Assembly (NCBI GenBank): GCA_015680685.1
Contig: MNCI01001925.1
Location: 465,573 to 529,572 of the forward strand
DNA from: Gnetum montanum
Lineage: Eukaryota; Plantae; Gnetophyta
Length of the DNA stretch: 64,000 bases
Direction of reading: 5' to 3'
Below are positions 63,306-64,000 of the stretch, one piece after another. Numbering within the stretch: position 1 is the stretch's first letter; the number at the start of each line of letters is the position of its first letter. The notes below the pieces were generated by a model. It saw only the letters and a program-made list of their open reading frames with translations, had not been told where the DNA came from and did no database searches. Position numbers and translations under genes: made by a program.

Positions 63306-64000
63306 ATCATCAATGCGATATCTACAAGATTAATTGTGTGATCTTTAAGCTTCATGTGGAACTGACATGTCTATATTTTAGGAAATTTCCACATTGATTA
63401 GACATGAAAATAGCAAGTTTTCACCATCACGTTTATAAATAGATTGTTCATCCTCAAAGTAAATTGTAAACGTTGCGAGGTTGAGTTAGGCTAAAGAAGA
63501 GAGAAAGCATAAGTAGAAAATTTTGTAAAGGTTATTTAGGCGTAACTATGGCACCAAAGACCAAATGCAGGAATGCCAATTTGGTGAGGATTGATGAAGT
63601 ACATGAAAGCTTGGGGTGAATTTTGAAGGTGCAAGTTGAAACATGGGAGGCTACTCCACTCGCCCAGTAATTCATTCTTCACCTTCCTTGTTGGGTTATT
63701 TTCACTGTTATGGTATCATAATTTGTATTTGCTTCAAATATGTGCATTGTACTACATATCAATTCCTTCCTATGCTAACTATGCTACTGGATTTTGTAAT
63801 ATTACTTCGGTCACCATTTTCAAAGACAGACCTTGCATCGTCGCAAGGGTTTGGGTGATCTTGAGTAATATTGTACAAACATAATACATAACTAGTCATG
63901 AGTCTAGGTGTTATACCCTTGTATAACCCAAGTGGGGTTTCGTTTCCTTACCCACGATGGTTGTGTGTTACACTAGGGCAATATGTGGTGTTACCTTTAT

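Overview
This window is plant-type, CpG/CHG-decayed repetitive DNA with no host gene. It is a deeply nested stack of Ty3/gypsy non-chromovirus (Tat-like) LTR retrotransposons with pol order RT-RH-aRH-INT and a tRNA-Asn PBS. The host is probably a large-genome plant such as a gymnosperm (inference). Two elements are complete with perfect 5-bp TSDs: A (556-38473, GTTAG) and B (13579-31683, ACCTC), with B nested in A. Five more minus-strand elements are partial (X, C, E, F, G), and there are two solo LTRs (1699-3280, 41019-43847). Reconstructed nesting: E > C > X > A > (B, solo LTR); C > solo LTR; E > F > G. The striking feature is the element architecture. gag-protease ends in its own stop and is separated from RT by about 5.5 kb. 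That interval holds an antisense 8-exon gene of about 1080 codons with an N-terminal FCP1/NIF (HAD) phosphatase-like domain, present in three diverged copies (A, B, C). pol has its own conserved ATG just behind a splice-acceptor-like site in four copies. Arrays of a covarying 4-bp-stem/6-nt-loop hairpin plus UAAACUAG motif lie downstream of gag-PR, upstream of pol and downstream of pol. All ORFs are now pseudogenised by stops and frameshifts. Everything was read by eye; no alignment or database search was run.
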